Assembly: GCF_031769215.1 (NCBI RefSeq)
Contig: NW_026782329.1
Coordinates: 1,488,001-1,552,000 of the forward strand
Length of the DNA: 64,000 bases
Source: Ylistrum balloti
Lineage: Eukaryota
Direction of reading: 5' to 3'
In this document: piece after piece, positions 39,805 to 52,950 of the stretch
Layout: each line of letters opens with the position of its first letter
Position numbering within the stretch: the first letter of the stretch is position 1
Program-made: the position numbers and the translations under genes
The notes under the pieces: model-generated
The model's database searches: none
What the model saw: only the letters and a program-made list of their open reading frames with translations
Told to the model about the DNA's origin: nothing

Positions 39805-40400
39805 TGAGGGCTTAAAGTGTGGAGCACTTTAATTTTGATGTAATATAGTAATATAATGACTAAAAATTGTAATTTAGATCGACACGTCAACCTACATGTC
39901 ATTTACGTTAAAATATCGCCTAACTTTTAGCATTCTTTACTATCAATATTAATCAGCACATGGCGTCGTTCCGAATTTTACCCGTTTTACCAAACTGATT
40001 CAAACAGGATACCCCTTAGGCTTGTTATAACTTCAATTTTATGATATCATTTGGTTCATGAAGATAAGTTTCCAGAGAATATTTCGAATATCAGATGATT
40101 AATCGATGAAGTCGCTGTTGTTTGAGTCTCGTGTTTCCATTTAAATACATTCCCCGATAAAAACCTATTCTAATATTGTGGGTGTCGTTTTGCTACAGAA
40201 ACAAAGCAATGATAGAGTGTACAGGCGAACTATGTTGACGCCTGAGAGCATCGCCTGTTTTGAAAGTTTAATTCAGTTTTTAAATACTTGAAAATAGATT
40301 AAACGTAGTGATATATTTCGTACTTACGTAGACATGTAAACATTGATAGAGTGGTTGCATTGAAAATTAAAGTATAGACAGACAATATTAATAACATCAA

Positions 40401-40698
40401 CACCCTCTCTGTTAGACGGTCAGTAACCTTAGCGCCTCTCTGTCAGACGGCCAGTAACCTCAGCGCCTATCTGTCAGACAGCCATTAGCATCAGCGCCCT
40501 CTCTGTTAGACGGCCAGTAACTTTAGCGCCTCTCTGTCAGACGGCCAGTAACCTCAGCGCCTCTCTGTCAGACAGCCATTAGCATCAGCGCCCTCTCTGT
40601 TAGACGGCCAGTAACCTTAGCGCCTCTCTGTCAGACGGCCAGTAAACCTCAGCGCCTCTCTGTCAGACGACCAATAGCATCAGCACCCTCTTTGTCAG
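40401..40698 (+). repeat. 31/32-bp GC-rich tandem repeat, about 9 copies in two variants
   Basis: cagtaacct(t/c)agcgcctctctgtcagacggc alternating with cattagcatcagcgccctctctgttagacggc. Confidence 0.9.
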
Positions 40699-40714
40699 GT
40701 GAATATAACTTCAC

Positions 40715-41120
40715 CACCCTCTCGGCCAGGCGACTATTACCATCACCGTTACCTCAATCAGGCGAATGTTTACCCCATAAACGTTCCAATACTCTCACCG
40801 TTTTCTCGACCGGGCCTTAACGTATTCCCGACTAGGCGACCGGCACCGTCACCGTCACCGTCTTCTCTACTAGGCGACCAGTACTCTCGACCAGCACCCT
40901 CACCGTCTTCTCTACTAGGCGACCAGCACCCTCACCGTCTTCTCCACTAGGTGAACAGCATCCTCACTGTCTTCCCGACCAGGCGACCAATACCCTCACT
41001 TTCTTCATTGCTAGGCGGTCAGCTCTCTCACCATCTTCTCGACCAGGCGACCAGCACTTTCACCGTCCTCTCTATTAAGCGACCAGCACCCTGATTGTCC
41101 ACTCTATGAGGCGACCACGT
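40715..41120 (+). repeat. Degenerate repeat of about 30-33 bp
   Basis: Recurring aggcgaccagcaccctcaccgtcttctc motif with many substitutions. Confidence 0.75.
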
Positions 41121-43093
41121 ACATATACAACCCTTCTGTGACACTAGTACCTACCGCTACTACAGTGAATCTCTTGAACACCGGTCAATACGGACATTGA
41201 TTCCCAGTTTACAAGAGCAGAGTGAAATCTGATCCTTGGTGTCGCTTTGTACGTCAGGCTGAGCTGCTCTCTGGTGATAGTAGAACGTTTATTGAATAGG
41301 GAACGGACTGTTGATATATTGCTGTCGTATAGGTATAACTGGTATACTCATTGTTGTATTAGAACATCACTATTTTATTCAGATAACAACGCTGCATGAG
41401 GATGATATTATTCTAATACCATTGTTGTATCAGGTTAGGGGCCGCCATCACGATCTCATGAACTCTGTACTTTTCCGTGTATATTTGTCTGTTAATTTCT
41501 TTTATGTTTTGCCTGTGTATACTACGGTTGTTACCACCCAGAGTTCCATCTAAGTCCTACCGCTATACTCTGAACGACGTACAGAAAAGACAACCGAGTC
41601 CTTAAGAGGCGACACACACAATCACGTCAACAGAGTACTCATCATCTCGATATCAGCTGATTAATGATATAAGGATCATCAACTTTCCAGTACAGACGTT
41701 CACTTAGGTAACGATTTATCCACGTGTTATCTCACCTGATCACTCATTTACCTGTTTGAATTAATACGATCGATAATCGATTAACATAGCTAAACCGCCT
41801 TTGGATACGTCTACAAAAAAGGTCAGCTTTACGACAGGTGTCAAGGCAGCAATTAAGACCACTGAATAGTTGATACATTGTACAAATGAGACACGAACAT
41901 GGATTTGGTTATATGATATGGTTGTTTTTACTAACCTAATGGGACAGAAGTTAATTTAATCATTCGGCCGTGAGATAGTTGTGACTAGATGATGTTGGCC
42001 GTGTTGGATAGAAGTGGACAACTGTTATGGTTGTTTCAAACTATTGTTTCTTACCTGGCTACAAAGCAAAATAAACATCTGACTATCGAAAGATAAATAA
42101 TTATCTGCATTCATTGCGATCGTGAACATTCGATGACTCGGTGTGATCTTGTCACACTCGGACGATTTACTTAAAAATATCACCTGTAATTCTATAACAT
42201 GAAACATTTAAATGAGAAACAATGTCCCGTTTTATATATGTATTTTACCCTTTTATCATTAATATGATGGCGGTCGTTGTCATGGATACTCAGATTTAGA
42301 TGACATGAACAGAATCTACAATAGGCTTTAAATGTAAAGTGAACAACATCGCATTGTGTGATCTAATGCTACATAGATGTAAACATTATTGCTGGCACAT
42401 CGTGACATTTTTTATATATAAAACCCAAATAACATCACCGCTTTGATTCTGAAAATGGCGTGATTGTTAAGTTATCAACAGTATTAACGCTATCTCAAAT
42501 TAAGCCTGAATGATAGTTGTAAAATGTTGTGTGACTCAAAGTACTCGATGTTGAGAAGAAATGGTTAGAGTAGTTTTTACATGGATTTTCCTATAAAAAT
42601 GCTGAGAACACCCAATAATGCTTCTTTTCTTTATGCCGGAAGTAGATTGTGCGAGCATGTAGCAAAGACGTGGATGTATTGAATACCCCGATGTTGCATG
42701 GATGTATCAGGTAACTAATGAGTCATCAATATCAACAGAAAGACGATCCTCTTCAATGATTATCGATTAAAAGGGGGATTCTTTCTCAACGTCCTTAGTC
42801 AGAATGATATATAATGTATTGTTCAGGATTTGCAGCCCTTGAAGGTAAAAAAAACAGTTTAAAGAGCATATTAAGATTCGCTGTTGAACGTACAGGTAAA
42901 TTCTGATTTAAGAAATTTTGAAAGCAGTATTTGTTTGACAAATGGATACCGGATGTACATTTGTCGCTGGCCTTTCGATCTCCTCATCGCTAAAGGTGAT
43001 GCTCTATAATAACACCTAATCACAATAGTTTCGAGATAAATCTACACCTCGATACCTAAAACATTACGTCAGGACTTCCTGTTGCCGTAAACA

Positions 43094-43215
43094 GTGTCAT
43101 TGTCGTGTGCTACTGCTGTCGTAATCGGTGTCATTGTCGTGTGCTACTGCTGTCGTAATCGGTGTCATTGTCGTGTGCTACTGCTGTCGTAATCGGTGTC
43201 ATTGTCGTGTGTTCT
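43094..43215 (+). repeat. 34-bp tandem repeat, about 3.6 copies
   Basis: Unit gtgtcattgtcgtgtgctactgctgtcgtaatcg. Confidence 0.93.
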
Positions 43216-46200
43216 TGCTACCGTAAAGTATCATTGTGATTACAAAGCATGGCTTATTGTTCTACGATGTATTCATAAAATAGATAAAGTGATTTATAAA
43301 TAAAGAAAGTTTGAGTTCGCTTGCAGATGTTGGTTGAATAAGAACTTTAACAAGTGTCCTCTGTACGTTATAGCAACACAGAGTCACTGCAGCCGTTGTT
43401 GTAAGTGTTTGTATTGTAAGGAAAGCTTACAATGTTTACGCGATAATGCTCCGTCCTTAAACTTGTATTTCTGTTCCAGCTCTACTTTCTTATAATAAGA
43501 GATTTAGACATCGTGATTGGTCGTTGTCATGGATACAACGCTACAATTTATAACGTTTGTATGACACCTACTACAGGTAATATTGTTGTTTATGTACGAA
43601 CTTGAGTGTTTCTGTCTAAAACATTCAAGTCCTAAAGTAAACAAACTCTAATATTATCTGTAATTTTAATCTATGATCTTTTAAAAGATAAACGAAGTGA
43701 ATAGGTCTAGAATGATGTGCCTTAGTCGAGACATCCACGCGGCTTTGCACCGAACGATCGGCGGTGGCATTAACAGATATCGGAGCAGAAGGTTGAGAGC
43801 CTCATATGTCTCAAAACAGCTTAAATAGTTTAGATTAATTTACGTTGTAGGTGCCCAGGTCTGAACTGTAAACAGTGCGTGTTGGATGATAACTCTACAG
43901 CCATCGATCTATATTATACATGTCTCTTGTTTTTCATTGATTCCAAAGATCGCCTGTTACTGACAATCTGTGCACACTGTTCCTTGAAAAGTGTTGAATC
44001 ATCTAAACAATTCTAAAAGATTTCCTATCTTTTTATGTGTATCTGTAACAAAATTGTAATATTTTCATAAACAACTACTTTTTTGCGACATTGCCACGGA
44101 GATACAAGATCTCCTGTACACCGACAGGAAGCTGACAAGAACTATTCCTATAGGAGACATAAAACGTCCTACGTTACAACAATAGTGAATCGGAGACCTA
44201 TATATGGCGCTGTTACGGCACGTGCAAAAGTGATCAATTTCTAGTTTGTTCGTATTAGTGGGAAGGAATGCTCGTCTAGTCCATTGTCATTAGGAATTAA
44301 AGATCCGATGAATGCACGTGCAGGCTATGTCGTAGGGAGACTTGTATTGACCAGAACGATTACAGAAACAAGTAATCCGGTTTGATATACAACAGATAAC
44401 ATTAACTCGGGTAGTGCTACTGTCCGTGAGTAATACATGGGTACATATCGATCGTGGTTCAGAACCCATACAGGTGATCCAACACAAAACTATAACAAAA
44501 CAGTAATATCATTGTAGAGACGAAAAATGGTTGTAAATTTGTCACACAGAAACTATGTGTCCTGACTAAGTTCTTTATTTCATAGTTATGTACCAATTGA
44601 TGTAATGTTATGAACCAATATGGAAGTCATTAAAAAATTCTTGCGATAAAAACCGATATTACCTCCTGATTTCGACATATCTGATGAAGTTTCTTATCAT
44701 ACAAATGTGACGTTTTACAAAAGGATTCTTTATAATTCATTGTCTGGTGAAGACATATTTACATGTTTTCTGTGACTTAATGAATATACAGCTTTTTTGT
44801 TAATTTGATTTGCTGAACCATTTCATTGGCAGTCTTCACAAGTTTTATTTTTTATAAAGCTTAGGATTACATGCATAATAAGGCACACAGGAGTCGTCTG
44901 CACAAGGAGGCAACAGGGAGAAGCTTAAACACTTCATCACATTTTGCTTCCGGATTTAATTAGATAAAAATGCGGCGGACAGGTGCTCGATAAAACATAG
45001 TACCACGTGTCTACTAGAGGCAGCAGCTGACTTGGTTCACTAGCCTCTGGCGCCAAATCTCTTCGACAGCATTGGAACAGCCTCGCTGCCATCTCTTTAT
45101 TGACAGCAACATTTAGCATGTTTGTTATTGTATTACGTCTATATTAACTAAGCATCTCCATGTTAATAAATTCAAAGGAAAATGCATTTATATACAATTA
45201 CATTACGCCCTTATATCATTATGTACCTACTTTCACTTTACAGTAATTTTAACGGTGTAACTTCAACATATTAATTCAATTATGGCATTGTCTTCTAGGC
45301 GAAGCCAATTTTCAGTTTTGTGTATATGTAAAATATCCTTTTGCCTTTGAAATGCTGAGTATTGATTCCATCTCACGTCAGGTCCGTTTTCAGGATTTCA
45401 ACAATGAAAGCTCTTATTTTCCGTTCCAAATGTATATTAAATTTGGTACTTTATCCCCCCCTCTCCCCCTCTCCAATTCGGCTGCTCGTCCTTGTCTTAC
45501 AACATTTACATTATCTGTATGATTTGATTATGTTGTATTATGACACGATATTATCCATGTCTGCTTCAGAGTCTGGCAGTAATGGAAAGGGACACACACA
45601 TCTAATCTGATTTCTGCAGGATAAATGTAATTTTGTTACTCGGTATATTAGCTGGTCTAATTGGATACAAAACATTAATTAGCTACAAACTATAAATACA
45701 CATAGGCCACATCTTAAAGTATTTCACTGTTGGTCTGGGTTTTCAGGAAACTTTTCTCTTGTAGAATCATTTTCCATATGTTGATTACGTTACCCTCCTT
45801 TCATTTAAATATTCAAGTTTTTTTCACAAGATATAAAGATTTATTCACTTAAGCACAGTTTCGTGTACGACAAAAGGTTCTGCAAGCGGGTAGATTTTAC
45901 AAGCAAATTCAAACCTAGAAAACGAGTCCTTTTTCATGGAGTGACTGCTGTTTATCCTAAAGTTAATAGCACAACACCAGAATGCAGTGAGTTAAAGTTG
46001 GAAGTAGCAAAGCTATTTGATATCACACAAAAAGTCCTGGTTTAATTTCTTATTAATTGTTATTTCTCTGATTCCATGTACATATAAATAAACAGTGACA
46101 AGCTGAAATGGTTGTTCCGTCTAAGAAAAAAAGCTAAATACATGATTTCGGCATTGGGTTGTTTTAGATATATAAAACACACGTACATGTAAATAGTCCC

Positions 46201-46861
46201 CCAATCCTCTTACTCACTGCTATTGTTTTGTCATGTTTCTTTTAACACAATATTTGTAACCTAAATATATCTGATGTAATAAGTTTTATTGTCACCATTG
46301 CTGTGAGGTGTCGACGTCTGATTTCTGATATCTTTTCTTGTTTATTCCTGGTTTTATATGTGAAGTATAAAATATTTGTTTTGAGTTAATTTTTATCTCG
46401 TTCTATTTTTACGACGCCCGAGTGTACTCTTCTAATATCAGTATGACGTAATGGTCTACATTTACAAGACAGTGCGACACGTTCATATCCATAGTAACGG
46501 AGAGAGTCTTATTGCCCCTGATAATGGACGACATCGTGTGTAGCCACATGACCTCTCGATAAGAGGTCATGACGATTGATCAGTGACAAGCATATTAATC
46601 AGTGTTGATATGTTTAATGGTACCCGATATAGTTATAAACTTTGCTTTGATACATTTGAATCAACACGTATTATTGATTCAAAGGGTAGTACCAAGATCA
46701 TGAAGAATATTTCCACGATTGTTGAAAATTTTAATTGAAACCAGATCGAGCCTCGAATTCATTGCTATGAGGTACTTGAAATTATGTTCGTTACACCAAA
46801 GAAATTCAAAATCAGTCTCTGTGTTAATGGTGTTGGGGTATTGAAACACCAATGTGTGATT

Positions 46862-47240
46862 ACAGAAACCAAGATAACGTACCAGGCTATAGAAACACCA
46901 GTGTCGGATTATAGAAACCCCAATAACGTACCAGGCTTTAGAAACTCCAATGTCGGATTATAGAAACCCCAATAACGTACCAGGCTATAGAAACACCAGT
47001 GTCGGATTATAGAAACCCCAATAACGTACCAGGCTATAGAAATACCAGTGTCGGATTATAGAAACCCCAATAACGTACCAGGCTATAGAAACACCAGTGT
47101 CGGATTATAGAAACCCCAAAAACGTACTAGGCTATGGAAAAATCAGTGTCGGATTATAGAAACCCCAATAACGTACCAGGCTATAGAAACATCAATGTTG
47201 GATTATAGAAACCCCAATAACGTACCAGGCTATAAAAACC
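46862..47240 (+). repeat. 49-bp minisatellite, about 7-8 copies, followed by degenerate related units to about 47530
   Basis: Unit gtgtcggattatagaaaccccaataacgtaccaggctatagaaacacca. Confidence 0.93.
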
Positions 47241-50200
47241 CACGTACTATAGCAACGCCTATGTAAAACTAATGAAACACGAATTTTGTACATTCGAAAC
47301 ATCGATATTGTAGAATAACAACAATGTCGGAATACGGAAACGCCAGTGTTGGACAGTTGTAACACCAATGTCAGAATATGGAAGCATCAATATCGGAATA
47401 GAGAAACATCAGTGTTGAAAAGTTACAACACCAACGTCGGAATATTGAAACATCAATGCTGGAAAGTTGTAACACCAATGTCAGAATATTAAAACACCAG
47501 TGTTGGACTGTCGACAATATTCAGATTTTAATGTTGTCGATATCAACTATGAATTTGACGTGCTGTACTGTTATCGATCTCTCACCAACACCCTATACTT
47601 ATCTGTATATTAACACTAAATTAGGTGTTCAGATACATCACTAATAATCCTGACAGGATGTATAGATAACATTCAAACGAAATGTTATTAAATAGGTACG
47701 CACCATTCTCTGTTTATGTAAGGAACACAAAATGCGACGTTCTGTGAATTACCTTACACAATATGCTACATGTGTGGTTATTTTAGAAATCCCACAAATT
47801 ATCTCTTAACGAATTTAAGTGACATTATAATCGGTGGCGTATTTTTTTTATCTGTAGCCATGTGTCTTTCATTAAAATGATAAAACTCTGCAGACGGAGA
47901 CACAATTCACATATGTAATTGATTACAACTCCTAACCTCATAGTTAGAAACACGAATCTTTTACGGATAATATGGCGAACTAATACTGACTGTAAAACAC
48001 CGAACCTTTTATTGTAACATTGAGTTTAACTCGACTTACCCACACGTTAGCGGTGTTAAAGTAGGCTGAATTGTTGTGGAGATGATATCATATTAGAACA
48101 AGCCAGTAAAAATAATAATATTCCGATATCATATCAACGATCTTGTATTTAGAAAATTAACTTGTTTAATTACCATAGTTTGATTTTCTCAATAGTCAAA
48201 CGAAGCAAGATCTATCTCAAAGGCAACAAACTTTCATACATACTGGGATACAATCTGTGAAAAATTGGCAATTTGAGACAAAGCTATCTAAACCCATTTA
48301 ACAAGAAAGGTCAAATTACATACATAAATTTGGTTTCCATGAGTACCACGTGAGGTAATTTACCGATGATATGGTGTTTTAGTGTATAGTACCATTGATG
48401 GGACTGCTGTGATTTTGTATAAACGGTCTCGTCTCACTCAGTCACAGAGACCTATCAACAAACCTGAACAGCAATACATTTTTTGTGTGTCTCTGGTGAT
48501 TATCTATCACACAAGCACTTGAAGCTGGATGTAATGATACACTCAATCAAAGGATTTTATGTGAATACGCCATCATGTATCATAAAACCTACATTATCCA
48601 ACCAACAACTTGAAACAAAGCTGTTCGGGTATACTCTAAATGATTCATGTCTCTAATGCATCGGTGCTCCTCCATCAAAGACCTGATAAAATACTCTTTA
48701 AACAAAACACTTTATAAAATACACTTTAAACATATAATTTTTCAGAAGTATTGTTATCACATGTGTAATGGCTCTGCTGGTACCTTAATTCTATCGAATC
48801 ACTGGTATACACATCCAAGGATAGGTGTGTACGTGTTGTGACTAACCAAACTGTCACTAGGAAGCTCTCGTGTATTATCGATAAATCCCACTTGTCATCG
48901 TTAATCTGCATTAGATAACTTGGAGGAAAGAATCTGCCATTTCGTTACTCACATCCTCCTGTTTAACATATTGTAGAAAAGGAAATTAATTTGATATTTC
49001 ATGGGGGATTTGATAGAAACTGACTGGAGGAACCGATGTTCGAGATTTGACAAAATCAGTTTTAAATTTGACGGAAGTCGATTTAGCGAATTGTTATTTG
49101 AGATATGACAAAAGAAGCGTTAGGGAGCCGTTCTTATTTGAGATATGGGACTAATACTCCTCACCACACGAAACAAAGAAAGGCTTCAACGGAACTAGAA
49201 GGCAGAAGTAGCTGCCAACATTAAAATAATTACTTTCAAAACATCTCGAATCATCAATTCAAAGGCAGACGATGAAAATATGCTGAGACAGACAAAAGCA
49301 ACCATTGAGTCATACGGCTATTGTTTTCACTTCCTTTGATGTGACAAATCTACATTACGTGTCATACGCCGAGCGATTTGCTGTGCCCCGAGATCACAGA
49401 TAGATGCTCCCCATCCTCCTATCGTCGGTTATGACCCCACGTCAGCTGGTGAGGTAAAGCTATTACAAAACTTTCCAATGAGCTAGGCAACACCAACTAC
49501 ATATTAGTTTAAAAAAAGCACACACAAAGCAAAGGTCCGAGATGGTTGGCAAGAAATGATATTTTATCATGAATATATATTTCAAGATAACTGGGTAGAT
49601 ATTGATATGAACAAGCGTCGGCAGGCATGATTTGGCATTCCATGTTCGATTTCATTTTAATAAAGCACATTAAGTCACACACAAGCCAGTCTCCTAATTG
49701 TACTGGCCTCATGCTAATCTGGAACTCTGACGTCTAATGTCACTGCGAAAGGTCACGTGCTGAATCTTTCGACATACCGCGCACGCAATGGGCTCTCTTG
49801 CTTGAAGATTTTTTTCTTTTCCCATTCGTTTTTCACATCTGGTTGTCACGGTGACTTAATCAGTGTTGTGATTGGTTGGTTGGAAGAAAAATGATTTTTG
49901 CTCCTTTGATTTTCACATGTGGGCATTATGGTGACTTAATCATCAGTGTTGTGATAGATCTGCTGACTTCCTAAAGGCTACTTAAGATGACGTGGAACAG
50001 GGTATCGTTATAACATATATATTCTCTCCATATGCTATTAAATGAAAATACGCAGGTTTTCTTGGAGAGCCCGTATTATTATTGCTACACGCCAGAGGTC
50101 CGCTTGGTTATAAAACATTTGCTTAACACGAATTACATATACACGGTACCATACTAAGTGGTAGTTTGTTTATCTTCGTAAAGAAGTAACTACGAGACAA

Positions 50201-52774
50201 TTTTATTTTTAGATAAAAAATAAATAACTTAACTGAGAATTTCAATTATTTGAACGCTAGTGATGACGTCATTATATAATTAAACATCAAATTGGAATGT
50301 ATTGAAATATACATTATATGGTTGTTGTGGTGACCACAAATTAAGTTTATCGGAATTCAATCGATATTTTTCATCTTTTTATTAGTCACGTGACATAAAA
50401 TTCCGATACAACTTTTTAACACGTGCTCGATTAGTGCAGGCCGTGAACCGTGTTAATGTTATAGCTTTTAACGGGCAGATTAGGTATACATCTGTTCGTT
50501 ATACGGGACAGTGTTAGCCTTGCTGACGTCATCAAAGGATTATTGTGATTGTTGGTGTCGTTATAATCCATGTAATGACACATAACTATGATGGATCACG
50601 CACATCGTTCGTCAGTTTTGCGAGAGCCCGTCTAAAAGGGGCCAGATGGGGATCACATAACCACAACACAGACGTTTGTTCCACACGTTGTAGGTTGGTA
50701 TTGTAAACAATTAAAAATATACATTTTAGCGTTCTCAAAGGTATCTGAATGAGAATATCAATACATTGAGAAAAAATATGGTGAATATGACATATTGCGG
50801 GATGTGTGGGCTACAAGCATTTAGTGAAATATCTCTGAATTTCACTTTCAGTTGCCAGCTATGACTTTGATTAATCATCTTGTGATTCAGTGACGTGTGA
50901 TAAAAATATTGAAATTTCTTTATCCCTTTTGCGGGCCCCGAGAATTTGTCAAATGTATCAGCAGCATCGACAACTTATATCGATTCTATTGAATTATGGC
51001 CTGTTTGTGGAGAGTCACCTCCTTTGATCTCAATCATTACAATCATGCATTTCCAAATAACGTGCACGTGCAGTTTTATACACTATTGGTCACTGTTGTT
51101 TAATCAGACGTCAAACTCACTTGATTTTATGGTATTGCACATGTTCGCAAACTCTTGAATTTACATAATGCCTGACAGTAAATATTTCTGATTAAGAGAT
51201 TGTCTGGCTAGGTTTGATAAGCACGTGCAAATATGATTTTCTAGTTTAGCGCGTTTTTATTTTTGATGTAATATAGTAGCTAGGGTAATTCACTGAAATC
51301 GCGACACAGTATGTAGCTACCTTATATTCAGGGTGGTCGGTTAATGTAGCTTAAAGCTTTTTCACAATTGTAGGAAAACAAAATTTATCTATATTTATCT
51401 TTTTCATATTTGCATGAAAGAGAGTAAGAGGGCACTGTCCCATTTTTCTATATGAAACACATGAAGCTGGTGTAAAATCGTGCTACAATATAGCCGATGT
51501 GTACGTTATCTCGCGCTCTGCCGACTACGTTTTCCCCACAGAATGTCTATCATAGATATACAATGGTAAATTTCTATTATCATTACAACAAGATGGAAAT
51601 ACAAATTATCTTATCAATATTCATTTCTACAGTAGCATGACCACGTAAAACAATCAAAATCTGCTTTGAGAAACGTCATAGTAATTTGACAGACAGACAC
51701 GCCAGCTATTCCTTCCAAAGCTTGACAAATTACTCAATATGTTGGCCATAACTATAAATTTGTGCATTCCGAGCTGTTTCCAGCAGAGTTCTACAACCGT
51801 CTGCACATTACTGTGCAGCTATGCCCATCCTCTTTACTATACGGAGATAGCGGAACGTACACGTTCAGAAACTATCGTTATTGTCGTAAATTTCATTCCT
51901 ACAACACACCATGTGTGATGGTTGTGTGGCAGGGGATGTTTAGAGAGCAAGACGTCACACTTCATTTCCATTGTCTTAATTCTGTTGTGAACTTGTGATC
52001 TTTTTTGCGATTAGGCGGATTTATCCAAGAAAAAAAATGTCCTAGGGAGAGTCTGGGCAATGTCAATTTTTCGACCCCCTCCTAACTAAATTACTTGGCA
52101 AATGTGTAATTTTGGCATACATCTTGATTTGAAAGTTTCATTCGGTGAACATGGGTTGTTGGTATTATACTTCATTATCATGTAACCCTCGTTTTAATTG
52201 TTATAGTGCAGTGTTCGTTAACACAGAATAAGGCCGATTATATGGTGCTTATGTTGCTATCAGAGGATGTGAAGCAGCTCTCAGCTTCTCTAGTGTACAC
52301 TACCACGCTGTGACAGTTATAGCGAGGTCTGGTATCACTTAAGTTGTCGTAACTCCGAGGAGGAAACCATTAACTCAAAATAATGAGAAAATATGTCACA
52401 GATCTAAATGGTCAAAGTATCTAGTTTTAGCACACATATGTCCAAAGTATCAGTTCAAAATATGACAAAAATTGCGAACGTTTAGTTAGGTTAGCAATGA
52501 GCAGAACACTTGATGATTTATTTTCAGGGGTGAATACCTAAAAAATATACAGATGATTTGAAGTTTGTAAAATATCGAATGACAATTATACCTGGAGTAT
52601 AATTTATTTTGTTAGTAACATAATTCAAAACTAACGTACAGGTAGGTAGAGGGACACAAATACAATATTCTCTCTCTTTTACTAGTGCAATGATATATAC
52701 AATTGTTATAATGGTAATAAACTTTATTTATTTTACAATAATTGCCTAGTTTTTCCACCTTATATTAATCACTC

Positions 52775-52950
52775 TTGTTAGTTCGGATGGAAGCGCGCGA
52801 GGGGTCTTAGTGTGGGAGGAAACCGGAGTACCCGGGGAAAACCCACGTGGTTGGGCAGGTGACCCCCATACCTTTTCACATCCATTCCGGGAATCGAAGC
52901 GCGGACGGCTAGGTGAAAGGGGAGTGCGTTACCAATGCGCCACCCGACCA
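52775..52950 (-). mobile_element. tRNA-derived SINE with a V-domain-like conserved core
   Basis: Minus strand: A-box TGGCGCATTGG (52942-52932), B-box-like GCTTCGATTCC (52900-52890), then GTGGGTTTTCCCCGGGTACTCCGGTTTCCTCCCACA, characteristic of the V-SINE-type central domain. Confidence 0.8.

Noticed and set aside
41150-41565. 10-bp direct repeat cctaccgcta flanking about 400 bp (possible target-site duplication)
   Set aside because: No terminal inverted repeats, poly-A tail or recognisable element between them; plausible by chance.
52880-52950. tRNA gene
   Set aside because: A and B boxes are present but there is no acceptor stem or anticodon arm; it continues into a SINE core, so it is a SINE head.
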